Part shown: piece by piece, positions 39,301 to 55,590 of the stretch | How positions within the stretch are numbered: the first letter of the stretch is position 1 | Layout of the letters: each line of letters opens with the position of its first letter | Assembly (NCBI GenBank): GCA_951406725.2 | Contig: OX597819.1 | Location: forward strand, 128,278,001 to 128,342,000 | Direction: 5' to 3' | DNA length: 64,000 nucleotides | Source: Octopus vulgaris | Lineage: Eukaryota | Made by a program: the position numbers and the translations under genes | The notes under the pieces: model-generated | Told to the model about the DNA's origin: nothing | Seen by the model: only the letters and a program-made list of their open reading frames with translations | Database searches by the model: none

Positions 39301-42300
39301 TTTTCTTTTATTATGATCAATAGATCTAACATAGAATGGGTACATTACAGGACAAAACAATTACAAAAATGCTATGCGAGTTCGAGTGAAATTATAAAAT
39401 TTACAAAATTAAAATTTTATGTAACTTGTACGAAAACTTGGCTTACTTTGCCTTGAAACGAAACCTTGGCTTACTTTTGCCTTTATCACGAGAACTTTTA
39501 GTGCGTATGTTTTCTTTTCTTTTCTTTTTTTATTATTAATTCTTTATTTTAAACAGTTATGTACAGTGAAAGGTAATGGGAGTGTACCAGTTTCAATTTT
39601 GAACCCGGCAGCCTATAAATCCCAGCAGCTGAATTTTCCCTTTCCTCGATGACGTTTGGGTTACTCTCACCCACCTTTCTCATCACATCCTTCCAACGTT
39701 CCATATACTCTTTTCTTGTGGCAGGCTCCTCTTCTCCAACCCCATCTTGCTCTTCAGATGATATCCGAAGTATTTTAACAAACCGGGCGCCAGAGATAAA
39801 GGACCCTTTCACTCAGACCTTCCACTCTAGTTCTCCATACACACTCTTTCAATACTGCCACCGTACAGTAAAACAAGCCCTTACCTTCCTTTGAGAGTCC
39901 AGTTGGCGGTATCATCTTAATCATAGGATCCAGCCGACAGCTGTACTCGTCCCAGATGCGACAACACGTAATTCCACGTAACTTATCAAGTTCGACAGCT
40001 CCCGACATTGTACAAAAGCGTGTTGAACGGTTTCCATCGTCCAACCCACATCTTGGACACGTCGGTGGCACTGACATTCTGTGCCTGACAACTTCTCGCG
40101 AACAGGTAATGCATTCCTATAGCACTTGCCAGGTCAGGGATTTTTGGTAATTATCCAAATACCCCGGCCTGAAAGTCTTCTTAAACAGGTTGGAGAAAGT
40201 TGATCCTTCATCGAACCCTACAGAGCCCTTCCTAGGACGTCGTCATTTTTTCCTCCTACCAGCCCTTTATAGAACACCGAGGTGGTATTCCCCGCTGCCG
40301 GCCTTACCCATCTTGTGGATCAGCCAGAGTGCCTGCCGGCACCCTTCTGCCATGAAGTCAGTTTACGTCCTTTAATGAGACCGGGTGCGTAAATCCCTTC
40401 CATAGAGGCCGGTCGCGGGAAGAATTCCTCTGCCAGCGAACTCCACACCCTTATCATCCTCCAGGTAACACCAGAGATGTCTCAACTCCTCAACGCATGC
40501 TTGCGCATCATTAGCCAAGGCATCCCCCAGTCCACCCTTTAGCGGTTCCTGGCAACACACGGAGCGTCTCACAAGTGGCTTTCCTCCTTTCCACAAAAAG
40601 CGGAAAATGAGTCGTTCCAACTTGTTTAACCACGAATCGGGGCAAGGCACGACGGTCAGCGCGGTAGGTGACGACAGAGGCTATAAACATCTGTGCCATC
40701 TCCGCCCTCACTTTCAAGGAAAGATGCCTTCCGGACCACTTCCGTACTATGGCATCCACCTTGCTCATTACCTCGCCCCAATTCTTTCTCCGTCTGGGAG
40801 TCTGGACCACACCAGACTCCGAGCAATTTAACAGGACCATCCGTCCAGTGTCCAACAACACTGGACGGTATCGGCTTGTTCCCTCCAGGTGCCGAGGCGC
40901 AAACCGATGGACTTGTCCCTGTTAACTTTTGCCCCTGCCACCGTTAACTTGTCCTCATAACTTTTGCTCCTGCCGGGCCAACGTACTTTCTCTCGGTTGT
41001 CACCTCCTGGGTGACATCCTTAATGAAGCCGGCTTTGCTGGCTTTGTCTTTCCATCCTTCTTCTTCGCCGACTTCTTCCATATCGCCACTCCGCTTCCTT
41101 CTCGGTCGCTTTGTAGCACCTGATCAGCGTACTTGCTTTCACCCATGTCTCTACTCTCACGTTCTTTGTGGTGTATGGCGTAATAATTTTTTCGTTGGGT
41201 TGTGAAGTCCTTCTTACAGTTGGGGGTGGGGTTTGTTAAAGTGCTGGCCTATAAGTGTAGTACTGCCGGGGTGGGGATTGGAGAATATTTTTAATTTGTT
41301 CGTCTGCGTTGTTTTTTTTTTTTGATACGGGTGGGGAGTCAGGGGTGATGGATTTTTTCCTTTTGTTGGACACGTTCGTAAATTCCATGTCTTCTTGTAT
41401 ATTTGTTTTTGTTGTCTTAATTTCCTCCTCCTTTCCTTTCTCATTTTGCATTTCGTTCTTTATTCTTCCTCCTTTTTGGAGTTCGACCTGTTTATTTTTT
41501 CCTCCTTGCTTTCGCCAGCCGTTACTTTTTTCTCCACTTTTGCTGCTTTCTGCGTTCTTCACAGCGTTTTTTTGGGGGGGGTATTACCCGCATTATTTTT
41601 TTTTTTGTGCAAACGGAGCGAACGTGGCCCTTTTGCTCGCACTTAAAACATCTGGGCCTGCGTCCTTCCACCGAAACTCGTATGGAGTGCCCCCTCCCCC
41701 ACGAAGACTCTGTCTGGTAGGCCGGGATTATCCGCCGGGATTATCATCTCCAGCTGCTGGCCTCTCCAATGTTTTGCAATTTTCCTCTCTTACATACTCA
41801 AAATTGTCAATTTCCGATTCAACATCAAAAATGACCGCTGTTGCCGCCCACATCACGTCGTAGCCCGCTGGTATATCTTCTAGGGTCGCCTTTGCGGTTA
41901 TTCTGCATCCTCAAATATATGGGTAGCAGTATTATACTCTCGTTTTTCAACGTTTGTGTCGAAATTTGCCTTGCTACTTCCGCCGTCTCAAAATGCGCCT
42001 CCAATGTAGCGCTTCTTGCACCTCGGTTGACATGACTAACTTTACTCCATATTGGAGCCATACACTTTTCGACCATTTCGTTTTTTACGTCGGTCATTCG
42101 TTTTTTCTTTAATATTGCACACCTTGTAGGTGACCATTTTTTCCTTTTTATTGCCCGTATAGTTTCGGGGGCGGGTACCAATCGTGTTTCTTCACCACTT
42201 TTTTTGCACCAGTGGTTCTGAATCCCAATAGTTTTTCCATTGACACCCTCCATTTCTTCGACTTCGCTGTCTACGGCGTCTGAAAAACTGGGTTTTGCCT

Positions 42301-42649
42301 GTGTTTCCTTTTGTTTAACAGTTGTTATACTTTCTCCCATCTCGGGACAGTCTTTTGAACTTAAGTCTAATTCCATACATTAGACAACACAAACTTGTCA
42401 CAAATGACAAGAGAAATTTTTTTTTTTTTTCAAAAAAATAACCTATACAGGTTAAGAGTTCACACAAAAAAACAATTGGTGAAATTTTCTACCCCGAAGG
42501 GCGAAAAATTACCGGGTCAAAAACAGTTCAACAATGTAGAGTTATTACGTGTAACACGACAAAGTAGACAAACGGAAACGAACTCAACACGCAACGATTT
42601 GCAGCAACAGAAAAATATTGGTATACGCCGAGGAAAAATCTCAAAAAAA
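39301..42649 (-). mobile_element. Tx1/L1-clade LINE, internally deleted, with TSD
   Basis: TSD caccaggta(aa)gcgatgaaa at 39281-39300 and 42650-42667; A-rich 3' end. ORF1 relic with CCHC knuckle CFKCEQKGHVRSVC (41650-41609). ORF2 C-terminus GAKVNRDKS, VKLLGVW, WSGRHLSLKVR, LIFRFLWKG, KGGLG, CPRC. Confidence 0.9.
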
Positions 42650-42667
42650 CACCAGGTAGCGATGAAA

Positions 42668-43282
42668 GTGAAGGATCCTTTGCAAACAAATATAAGTTTT
42701 TTCTAATGGCGTCTGCCACTGATGTCGAAAACGAACAGTAGGTATAATTAAATCTCAGAATGAGATTGAAACAGTAATCGCTCGATAATGTAAAGTATAG
42801 AAGCCATCTTGATCGAGGGCTAACCACATTGGGGAGGGGGTTGTTACTGTAGCTTTATAGCCCCAAGAGATCTTCGTCTCTAGCTGGCTCTAAACACAAT
42901 ATCTGTGTTCTTGGAGTGTTTGCAAAGGGAGGCCATCACTTCCTCGCAAGCCTGAGTGATACGCTCGAACTAGTTTCGGGATGTTTGTCCCTCGTCAACG
43001 GGCGGCAACCACCAGGTAGCGATGAAAATGAAGGCTCTGGTGCAAACAGATATAAGTTTTTCTAATGGCGTTCTGCCACTGATGTCGAAAAACGAGGGGA
43101 CAATCATCCCGAAACTAGTTCGAGCAGTACTACACTACAGGCTTGCGAGGAAGGGATGGCCTTCCTTTGCAAACACTCCAAAGACACAGATATTGTGTTT
43201 AGAGCCAGCTAGAGACGAAGATCTCTAAGGGCGTTAGTAAAGCTACAGTAACAACCCCCTCCCCAATGTGGTTAGCCATGAT
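42668..43282 (-). mobile_element. Remainder of monomer 1, monomer 2 and an inverted partial copy
   Basis: Direct repeat of the 39057 unit starts at 42785; 42818-42995 is inverted at 43092-43277. Confidence 0.8.
42963..43003 (-). ncRNA. Type I hammerhead-like ribozyme (UUGACGA core)
   Basis: gcccg-TTGACGA-ggga caaaca tccc-GAAA-ctag-TT-cgagc; palindromic AACTAGTT stem III; C3U in both monomers. Confidence 0.65.
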
Positions 43283-43757
43283 GTGTCTACGTGTGTGTAC
43301 GTACGCATATGTGTATTCCGATTTAATATTAATTGAAATTCATACAAAAACGTATAAATAGACGTAAGGCAAATCAAACTAGAAATATATAAATATTTGT
43401 TCCTCATAAATTTTTGTAGACAAGCACTCGCGCGATATATTTATACATACAGAAACACAAAACACATATATATGCATGTATGCGTGTATATATATATATA
43501 TAAACACAAAGACATGTATGCGTATATAAATGCGCACACATATATGTGTGTGTGTATAATAACGATATATTATTATTTATAGGTTTCTGAATATATATAC
43601 ATATATAAATAAAAAATTACAAGTATAAAACCCCCGCCGCACACACATCTTTGTGTGAGTGTGTGTGTGTGTGTTTGTGTGTGTCTTTGTGTGTGTGTGC
43701 TTGTGTGTGTGTGTGTCTTTGTGTGTGTGAGTATGTGTTTATGTGTGTGTGTGTGTT

Positions 43758-43799
<42 letters not shown>

Positions 43800-43990
43800 C
43801 CGATAAACATACGTACATAATTTTAAGTATTGGAAGTGTGTCTATGTATATGTGAGAAAAGTGTGTGTTTGAGTGTGCGCGCTTTTCTGGGGTTTTTTGT
43901 GTATATTTTACTTACTTTGTATATTTTTGGTATATTTAATTTATTTTGTATATCTTTTTTATATTTTGAAACCAAGAAATAATAATTTTT

Positions 43991-44027
<37 letters not shown>

Positions 44028-44095
44028 GTTTATGAGTATGTATATGTAATTGTATATGTTTATATATACATATGCATATTTAGAAATAAATGTAT

Positions 44096-44173
<78 letters not shown>

Positions 44174-44473
44174 TTATATGCTTATATATTTATACATATC
44201 TACACATTCATATATATATACATACTTATATATATAAGTACAGTTAAGGGTAAGCTGCATTAAGGTCTTATAGTTATTATCATTAATTTAATCATTCTTT
44301 AAATTATGGTTGAATTGGAAATGATGTGTTAATCAGCGCCTGTGTTAGTGAGTGTGTATGTACATTCACTTACACACATACTTCGCACGCACACGAACAC
44401 GAACACACACACACACAAGCACTAGAGTGTTAATTGCCTTTGTATAAATGAGACGGTGTGTCTGTGTGTGTAA

Positions 44474-44504
<31 letters not shown>

Positions 44505-45339
44505 CATATATATATATATATATACATACATATATATATATATATATATATTTGACTAATATGTCGCTTTCTGTTTCAATAGCAGCAAACTCACGAACAC
44601 ACACGTTTGCTGAATCTACGAAGTCGATATGTCTGTCTGTGTGCGTGCATCATTCTGTATTTTACGAATAACGAAATTTATTCAGCTACACACACATTAA
44701 CGAACTTTATTCGGCAATACACGCATTTACGAACTTTATTCAAATATAATAACTTTATTCAATAACGAACTTTATTCAAATATACACACATTTGCATATA
44801 CACAGCCACTTATATACAGCCTCACAGAGATTCATGTGAACAAGCGTATTTCCGTATACACGATCATATATGCATGTATACACATACATATATACGTATA
44901 TACATACATATATACACAGAAAAATATGTACATAATCAAATATACATGTACATGTGTACATCTACAAATGTATGCTGATATTTCCGAACATGCAATGCCT
45001 TTCATCAAATAGTTTATTAAATGCATATTTAAATTCATCCAAACACATCGAATGAGCAAACACAGTGCGTGCACGGATGTTTTCGAATATTCCGTATATA
45101 ACATGTATGTGTGTGCGTTTGTGTATGTACGTGTGTGAACGTGTGTAAGTACGTATGCATATATATATATATATATATATAACATATTAAGTACATAATA
45201 TAAATATATGTATATATATTATATGATATATATAGTTATATAATTATTCAAATATGTAGGTGGATGGATGTGCATATCTATAGATACATATCTACGTGTA
45301 ACCTTATATACATCATATGTATAAGAATACATAGATAGT

Positions 45340-45387
<48 letters not shown>

Positions 45388-45418
45388 ATTATATAAAAAA
45401 ATGACCGACATGATATTT

Positions 45419-45469
<51 letters not shown>

Positions 45470-45664
45470 CATATACATATATATATATATGAGTAGATAT
45501 ATTTATATATCTACATATATGTAGAGACATATATACATATATGTAGAGACATATATACATATATTTGTACTCATAAAACTCATAAATGTATATAGGCATA
45601 TATATATTCATGTATGTATATATGTAAATATATATGTATATACATATATATATGCATATATACG

Positions 45665-45695
<31 letters not shown>

Positions 45696-46154
45696 ATACA
45701 CACACACACATATACATATATGTATTACCATGCACAAACACAAGCCTATACATATATAAATATATATATGCATATATTGGTACGTATTTATATAAAAAAA
45801 TATGCATATCAGTGTATATAAGATATAACTATGATATACATATACATAATATATATTTATATACAAAATATTTATGGATATATATATATATGTAAGCCTG
45901 TGTATGTTTAAATACATATATATTTATATGTATATGTGTATGCGTATTTGTATACATGTATATGCATGTATATACATATATATATATATGTATGTATATA
46001 TATATATGTGTGTGTATGTGTATGCTTTTGTGTGTTTCATACACACACATACACATATATATATACATATATCGACATATACATAGATCTACGTATATAA
46101 TATGAAATATTCATACGTGTATGTGTAGGTTTATGTGTGTGTGTGTGTGTGTGT

Positions 46155-46227
<73 letters not shown>

Positions 46228-46869
46228 TTTGCGCGCGCTTATATTCGACCGTTTCTATATGTGTGCATGCACTTGTTCACATGTGTGTTATGCATGTCAC
46301 AGAAAGGAACTGTAAAGCAGTCAGATACATGCTCTTATTTCTAAGCACATTAAAATAAATCAACCATAAGTAATTTCTTTAATACGAAATCAAAACTGAA
46401 CAACGGAATCAATTGGCCGGACATTTAACTTCCAATTCTTCAGCGATAAAAAAACTTAGTAGATATGTAGTTGGAAGATACGTACGAATATATCAAATTT
46501 ACTTATATACGCTCGTAAAATTTAACAAAGACACACATACACACACATGTATATACACAGACACGCACTAATACACATAGACACATACACTTACATATAT
46601 ATATATATGAGTAGATATATTTATATATCTACATATATGTATAGACATATATACATATATTTGTACTCATAAAACTCATAAATGTATAGTGCATATAGGA
46701 CTATATTCATGTATGTATATATGTAAATATATATGTATATACATATATATATGCATATATACGTATATACAAATATCTTTGTCTCTGTGTGGCTACAAGT
46801 CCTCCATACAGACAGTGTGTATAATAAGTAGTCACATGTGTATGTACATGTATGTAATACATTTGCATA

Positions 46870-48583
<1,714 letters not shown>

Positions 48584-48595
48584 GAATGATGGATG

Positions 48596-48679
<84 letters not shown>

Positions 48680-48767
48680 TATAGATAGATAGATAGATGG
48701 CTGCATGGATGGAGGGACGGATGTACATAAACTTAATGTCATATGACAATGCAAGAATGCTTATATG

Positions 48768-48948
48768 CAGGGATGCTGCAAAGTTTCTGACGTTGGGTAG
48801 AAGGAAATAGGGGAGGATCAGTTAATTATGATTTTAGTCAACATATTCCCCCCTCAGATTCACACACTGATTGCAGCGGTCCATCAGTGGGCCTCCAACC
48901 AGGCCTTTCGCGTAACCCCTTAAAACCAGGAACCTTTCAGCAACCCTG
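48768..48948. mobile_element. Mariner-like MITE
   Basis: Imperfect TIRs cagggatgctgcaaagtttctg / caggaacctttcagcaaccctg; TA TSD not preserved. Confidence 0.55.
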
Positions 48949-48969
48949 TGTGTGTATATATATATATAG

Positions 48970-49078
<109 letters not shown>

Positions 49079-49964
49079 TGTGTGTGTGTGTGTTTATATA
49101 TATATGTATATATATATATAGAGAGAGAGAGGAGTGTGTGTATGTGTGTGTTTATATATATATATATGTATATATATGCATATATACATGTATATATATG
49201 CATATATCTATATATGTATATATATATATATGCATATACGTATGTAAGTATATGTGTGTGTATGTGTGTGTATGTGTGTGTGTGTGTGCGTGTGTGTACA
49301 TATATTAATGTATATTCACACACATATTTTTCCTCTCGTGATATACTTTCTTAATGTTTTGACTGTTAATTTCTCATCATGCAAATATGTGTGTGCGTGT
49401 GTGTGAGACAGAGAGAGAGATAGTGCGCGCGCGTGTGTGTTTCTGTCTGTGTCAGTGTCCGTGTGTGTGTGTGTGGTGTGTGTTTATTAACCACTTGCTC
49501 AATGATTTAAATTAGAGCTAAATTAATATCGTTAATACCGAAGCAATACACGTGACGGAGTATGATCGGTTCTATTAATATTAATTTTTACTTCCTAATT
49601 GTTTTGTTTGTTAGATTACATAATATATACGCATACATATACCAATCAATGCATATATACATAGATACACACACACAGATATATGCATGTGTGTTTATCT
49701 ATATATTTATGTATACATATATATACGCGCACACATATACATACATATATAGAGACACAGACATGTGTGTGCGTTTATAAATATGTGTTTGAAAGTTCAG
49801 CGCTCGTGTTGCTGTTGCATGTTGCCAAAAGTGTTGTTCGTGCACATGCACGAACAACAGTATGTAAGTATAACAGTATGTGTGTATATATGCGTGTGTG
49901 TGTGCGCGTACGTATATATATATATAAAAGCATAAATATTTATAAATACGTAAATATTTATATT

Positions 49965-50020
<56 letters not shown>

Positions 50021-50092
50021 TACTTGGAAATAGATGCGTGTTTTCGTATTTCATGTTGTTTAATGTTGGTGATGTCCTGTACCCATAAATGC

Positions 50093-50128
<36 letters not shown>

Positions 50129-50230
50129 TATATTATTAAATATATGAATAAATATATATATATATATATATATAACTAAATAAATATATATATATAAAAA
50201 AATATTTATATATACATAGATATTTATATG

Positions 50231-50278
<48 letters not shown>

Positions 50279-50560
50279 ACAGAGTCAAAGACTATTTAAA
50301 AGATTGCAAGACGCAACGAAAATATTAGAAAAATTTTTTTAAATAAGTGGAGATTTTACGGTGTGTGTGTTAAATTATAAGGTACCAAAAGAGAATGACT
50401 CTCCCCAGACACAACAGTATATGTATGTATGTATATATAACTTAAAACTATTTTATTCTGTTTCTGTGTCACAAACCGAATGAAACTGTTGTAAATAATA
50501 TATGTAACTCCTACTAAATGGGTTGAGTGTCCTTTTTATTTCGTTTGTCCACTCACTCAT

Positions 50561-50613
<53 letters not shown>

Positions 50614-50730
50614 TGTATGTGTGAGTGTATGTATGTATAGGTATATACACACATTCAAAAGTACATATGTATATGTGTGTGTATACATATTCGGATTCAA
50701 ATCCTATCGCTGCCGTGAACAACTTTATTA

Positions 50731-50905
50731 GGCGCAGGTGTGGCCGTGGGGTAATAAGCTTGTTTCCCAACCACATGGCTCCAAGTTCAGTCCCACTCTG
50801 TGGCGCCTTCAGTAAGTGTCTACTACTATAGTCTTGGGCCGACCAAAGCCTTTTGAGAGGATTTGGTAGACGAAAACTGAAAGAAACCCGTCGTATATAA
50901 CTATG

Positions 50906-50972
<67 letters not shown>

Positions 50973-51153
50973 ATATGTTTGTGTGTTTGTGTTGGTCTGT
51001 TTACGTCCCCGTAACGTAGCGGTACGGCTAAAGACCGATAGAATAAGTACTAGGCTTACAAAGAATAAGTCCTTGCGTCGATTTGTTCGCCTAAAGACGG
51101 TGCTCCGCCATGACCGCAGTCAAATGACTGAAACAAATGAAAGAATAAAAGAA
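50731..51153 (+). mobile_element. SINE family A
   Basis: Full-length match to family A. Confidence 0.83.
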
Positions 51154-51303
51154 TATATTTTTAGTTATATTTCGGAATAGTCATTTTTTTTTTGTCTTTT
51201 TCTGGCAAAAAAAATGACCACCCGAAATACAGCAGTATGTGTTCCAACACACGATTTCCCATCAGGAATCTTGCAACAGAAATTGATTAACGTCTATATA
51301 TAG

Positions 51304-51388
<85 letters not shown>

Positions 51389-51403
51389 TAGATATACATA
51401 TAC

Positions 51404-51457
<54 letters not shown>

Positions 51458-51528
51458 GCCTTGATAGATCGTTAGCCACAACACATATTTTTTTTCTCTC
51501 CTTGTTTCTCTCCTTGTTTTCTGTGTCC

Positions 51529-51564
51529 CTTTCTGTAGAAGAACGTAGATTCGAAACGTAAAAA
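51529..51564 (+). ncRNA. Minimal hammerhead-like motif (CUGUAGA core) in pLTR 51456-51661
   Basis: Fourth copy of the family; stem II is gaa/ttc here versus gag/ctc in the others. Confidence 0.5.
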
Positions 51565-51662
51565 CTTTTTTCTATTCCTGAGCGTTATACTAGTACATTT
51601 GTTTGTTTTGTACACCACCTGTCTTCGTCTTTTGTTGTTGTTTTTTTCGTAAACTCTCCCTA

Positions 51663-51703
<41 letters not shown>

Positions 51704-51714
<11 letters not shown>

Positions 51715-51977
51715 TATTAGAGACAAAACCACTATTTTGCAAAACAAACAAGGAAAGACTTAATCAATACATAAAATTTTAATAAATAGTCAAAAATAGT
51801 GGCGGTTTTTTTGACTATTTATTAAAATTTTATGTATTGATTAAGTCTTTCCTTGTTTGTTTTGCAAAATAGTGGTTTTGTCTCTAATAATATTTTATAA
51901 TATTTTACTATAAAATTGGATTTAATCCTAAATCTGATTTTTTTCCTGTAAATTTGGATTTATTCCCTAATATTTAT

Positions 51978-51982
<5 letters not shown>
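51704..51982 (+). mobile_element. Fold-back element with tail in (TA)n
   Basis: Inverted repeat 51704-51796 / 51808-51899; same family as 11085-11307. Confidence 0.8.
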
Positions 51983-52033
<51 letters not shown>

Positions 52034-52035
52034 TG

Positions 52036-52248
52036 TTGTGTCTGGGGAGAGTCATTTTCTTTTTGTGCATTATAATGTAACACACTCACCGGTAAAATTT
52101 CCACTTATTTTAAAAATAAGAAATAAGTGGAAATTTTACCGGTGAGTGTGTTACATTATAAGGCACCAAAAGAGAATGACTCTCCCCAGACACAAGAGAA
52201 TATGCTTCAACACAAGAACTCATATAAAGAATCTTGCAAACCTAATCC

Positions 52249-52249
<1 letters not shown>
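52036..52249 (+). mobile_element. Fold-back element with tail in (TA)n
   Basis: Inverted repeat 52036-52110 / 52121-52195; relatives at 50278-50420 and 62583-62780. Confidence 0.8.
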
Positions 52250-52278
<29 letters not shown>

Positions 52279-52280
<2 letters not shown>

Positions 52281-52561
52281 TCCCTCTTCACGAATAACCA
52301 CGGGACTGCACCTAGAAATTTCCCCTCCGAGGGACAAGTGCAGGCAAAGTGGTTTGTTAAAAACAGTCTCTCCTCTCCAAGCCACTGATGTCCAAAAGCC
52401 GATACAGTGTGCCATACAATTCATTTCTACAGCTGAGTGAACTGGGGCGGCGTGAAATAAAGTTCATGTTTATTAACACAACACACAGCCCGGTCCGGGA
52501 ATAGAACTCACAGTATCCCGATTGAAAGTCCGACACTCTAACCACTGAGCCATGCGCCTTC
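52279..52561 (-). mobile_element. SINE family E (tRNA head)
   Basis: Minus strand: ggcgcatggctcagtggttagagtgtcggact...gagttctattccc. Confidence 0.7.
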
Positions 52562-52880
52562 ACACACATGCATATATGCATGTGTGTGTGTGTGCGCGCG
52601 TCTGCGTAGTGTGTGTGTGTGAGAACATATATAGAAGAATTCTATGCACGTCAGACCGTTTATCTGGTCATTAGTCTATTGTCTGTTTGTCACTGTTTTC
52701 GTGCATATATTTTACTCTGCATTATCTGATATAGATAGAAGACAGTAAGAGACACAGAGAAATAGAATGTGGGCAGATAAACGGTCTAACATACATGGTA
52801 TTCTTCGGTAGTGTAGGTACTTAACTTATGTGTGCGTGGGTTTGTCACGTAGCAACAACCCACATATATGTGGATGTGTA

Positions 52881-53111
52881 AGGCGACGAGCTTGCAGAAA
52901 CGTTAGCACGCCGGGCGAAATGCGTAGCCGTATTTCGTCTGCCGTTACGTTCCGAGTTCAAATTCCGCCGAGGTCGACTTTGCCTTTCATCCTTTCGGGG
53001 TCGATAAATTAAGTACCAGTTACGCACTGGGATCGATGTAATCGACTTAATCCTTTTGTCTGTCCTTGTTTGTCCTTTCTGTGTTTAGCCTCTTGTGGGT
53101 AGTAAAGAAAT
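52881..53111 (+). mobile_element. SINE family B with TSD
   Basis: Flanked by atatatgtggatgtgt direct repeats. Confidence 0.9.
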
Positions 53112-53834
53112 ATATATGTGGATGTGTCCGACGACAACATCTCCACGCACACATATACAACAAAATATCTTATCACTGTGTGATAAATTCACAATTGTGC
53201 GGGAACACGTTCTGCAAGAAATGGCTCAGAAATTCCTTCAAATCACAACTAATTCTCTTAAAATAAAGAAGAAAAACAGCGTAATTTGTGATATACAAGA
53301 TGCCTTTAATGATTCGATCTGAGATTAAACAACATTTCTATGCAAACAGCCTGACATTTGTATATACACTCACAAATATAGAATATGCTAAGAGAGCTCC
53401 GCTTGTACCTGTGCATCTGCATGCATAAATGCACATATACATAGATTCATACATACCTAAATAAATACATATATAAAAGCATTTATAAAGACAATCATAA
53501 TTGATATTGATGTCTAATGTAAGTGTAGTGTTTCTAGGCTATTAATTAGCCTTTTCTCCATTGGGAAGAAACTCCAAACCCTAGCAAAAGAATATATCTG
53601 TATGCATGTTGGACAATATATCAATTTGATGGAGATCTATTAAGTACATGGAGGCTGATCAAAGGTGAGGCACACCGGGTATGATAGCTAGACAGAATGA
53701 CACAAATCAACAGGTAAAATAATCCACTAAGGCGGTAATTTGAAATGGCATATCATATTCTACTCCGTTGAATTATAGTATTTTCGGCAATTTGAGGGTT
53801 TATATGTAATGTATTGCATAATATTTTGTGTATA

Positions 53835-53885
<51 letters not shown>

Positions 53886-53888
53886 ATA

Positions 53889-53935
<47 letters not shown>

Positions 53936-53994
53936 ATACATATCCATTAGAATAAATGTATAAGTGTGACTATGAGTATGTATCTATCTCTCGC

Positions 53995-54066
<72 letters not shown>

Positions 54067-54109
54067 TACATAGAGAGAGAGAGAGATACATTCAGTATTA
54101 TATATTTGT

Positions 54110-54214
54110 AAAAGTGAATAGAATGGGCTTTTCTGATAATTTTTCCACTTTAATAATTAGATATCTATTTATTAAAGTGGAAAAATTACCAGAAAAACCT
54201 TTTCTATTCATTTT
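54110..54214. repeat. Short fold-back element
   Basis: 54110-54156 / 54169-54214; a related arm lies at ~16035-16065. Confidence 0.7.
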
Positions 54215-54243
54215 TTATATATGTACATATATATATATACATA

Positions 54244-54640
54244 GGCGCAGGAATCGTTGTGCGGTAAGTAGCTTGCTTACCAACCACATGGTTCCGGATT
54301 CAGTCCCATTGAGTGGCGCCTTGGGCAAGTGTCTTGTACTATACCCTCGGTGTCTTCTACTAAAGCCTTGTGAGTGGATTTGGTAGACGGAAACTGAAAG
54401 AAGCCTGTCGTGTATATGTATATATATGTATGTGTGTGTGTTTTTGCATGTGTGTCTCCCACCCCCAACATCGCTTGACGACCGATAGTGGTGTGTTTAG
54501 TCCCCGTAACTTAGCGGTTCGGCAAAGAGCCCAATGGAATAAGTACTAGGCTTACAAAGAATAAGTCCTGGGGTCGATTTGCTCGACTAAAGGCGGTGCT
54601 CCGGTATGGCCACAGTCAAATGACAGAAACAAGTAAAAGA

Positions 54641-54641
<1 letters not shown>
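54244..54641 (+). mobile_element. SINE family A
   Basis: Full-length match to family A. Confidence 0.88.
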
Positions 54642-54719
<78 letters not shown>

Positions 54720-54992
54720 TATACATTAGCAGACGCACGCACACACCTTTACACTCAACTAAATTTGCGCACGCACACACTTGCCCTTTTCTCCCTTATT
54801 GACTACCCCATAGGACCTCATTCCCAATCCCAGCTTCGTTTTTTTTTTCTCTCACTGACCATTTCTCTTTCTCACTGTCCCCTAATGCCTGTTCTTTCTT
54901 CTAATGGAGAACTAACTTCCAACACATTATCGTTTAGATGTGTGTCTGTGTATATATATGTGTGAATGTATGTATGTGTATAAATATATATG

Positions 54993-55096
<104 letters not shown>

Positions 55097-55332
55097 TATA
55101 TATAGTAGAAATATGTTACAAAAAGAAAATATAAAATACACGTGGAAATGTAAGGGGAAATATGAAAAATCAACGAAAATACACATTGTAAATTTAAAAA
55201 AGGCTTTTTATGAAAGGTAACGACAAATACATACATTTAGATGTACTGAGGTAGTAATAAAAGTCATAAAAATTATTATTAACAGATGATTATAAAGTCA
55301 GAAAGCAAAGCATACTATGGTTTCCGCAAAGT

Positions 55333-55357
<25 letters not shown>

Positions 55358-55364
<7 letters not shown>

Positions 55365-55590
55365 TAAATTAGAGACAAAACCACTATTATGCAAATCAGA
55401 CAAAGAAAGACTTAAGCCAATACATAAATTAATTTATATTATTTAGAAATGTAACAATTATTAATAATTGCATAATAGTGGTTTTGTCTCTAATTTAATA
55501 TAATATAATATTTTACTATAAAATTGGATTCAATCCTAAATCTGATTTTTCCCTGTAAGTTTGGATTTATTCCCTAATTTTTATTATTAT
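55358..55590 (+). mobile_element. Fold-back element with tail in (TA)n
   Basis: Inverted repeat 55358-55394 / 55468-55504; same family as 16497 and 51704. Confidence 0.75.

Noticed and set aside
44660-44785. Spaced short repeats acgaactttattc, superficially CRISPR-like
   Set aside because: Repeat only 13 bp, irregular and related spacers, eukaryotic context, no cas genes; a degenerate minisatellite.
53095-53322. 75-aa ORF with ordinary composition
   Set aside because: Starts within a SINE tail and TSD; no recognisable motif or splice support.
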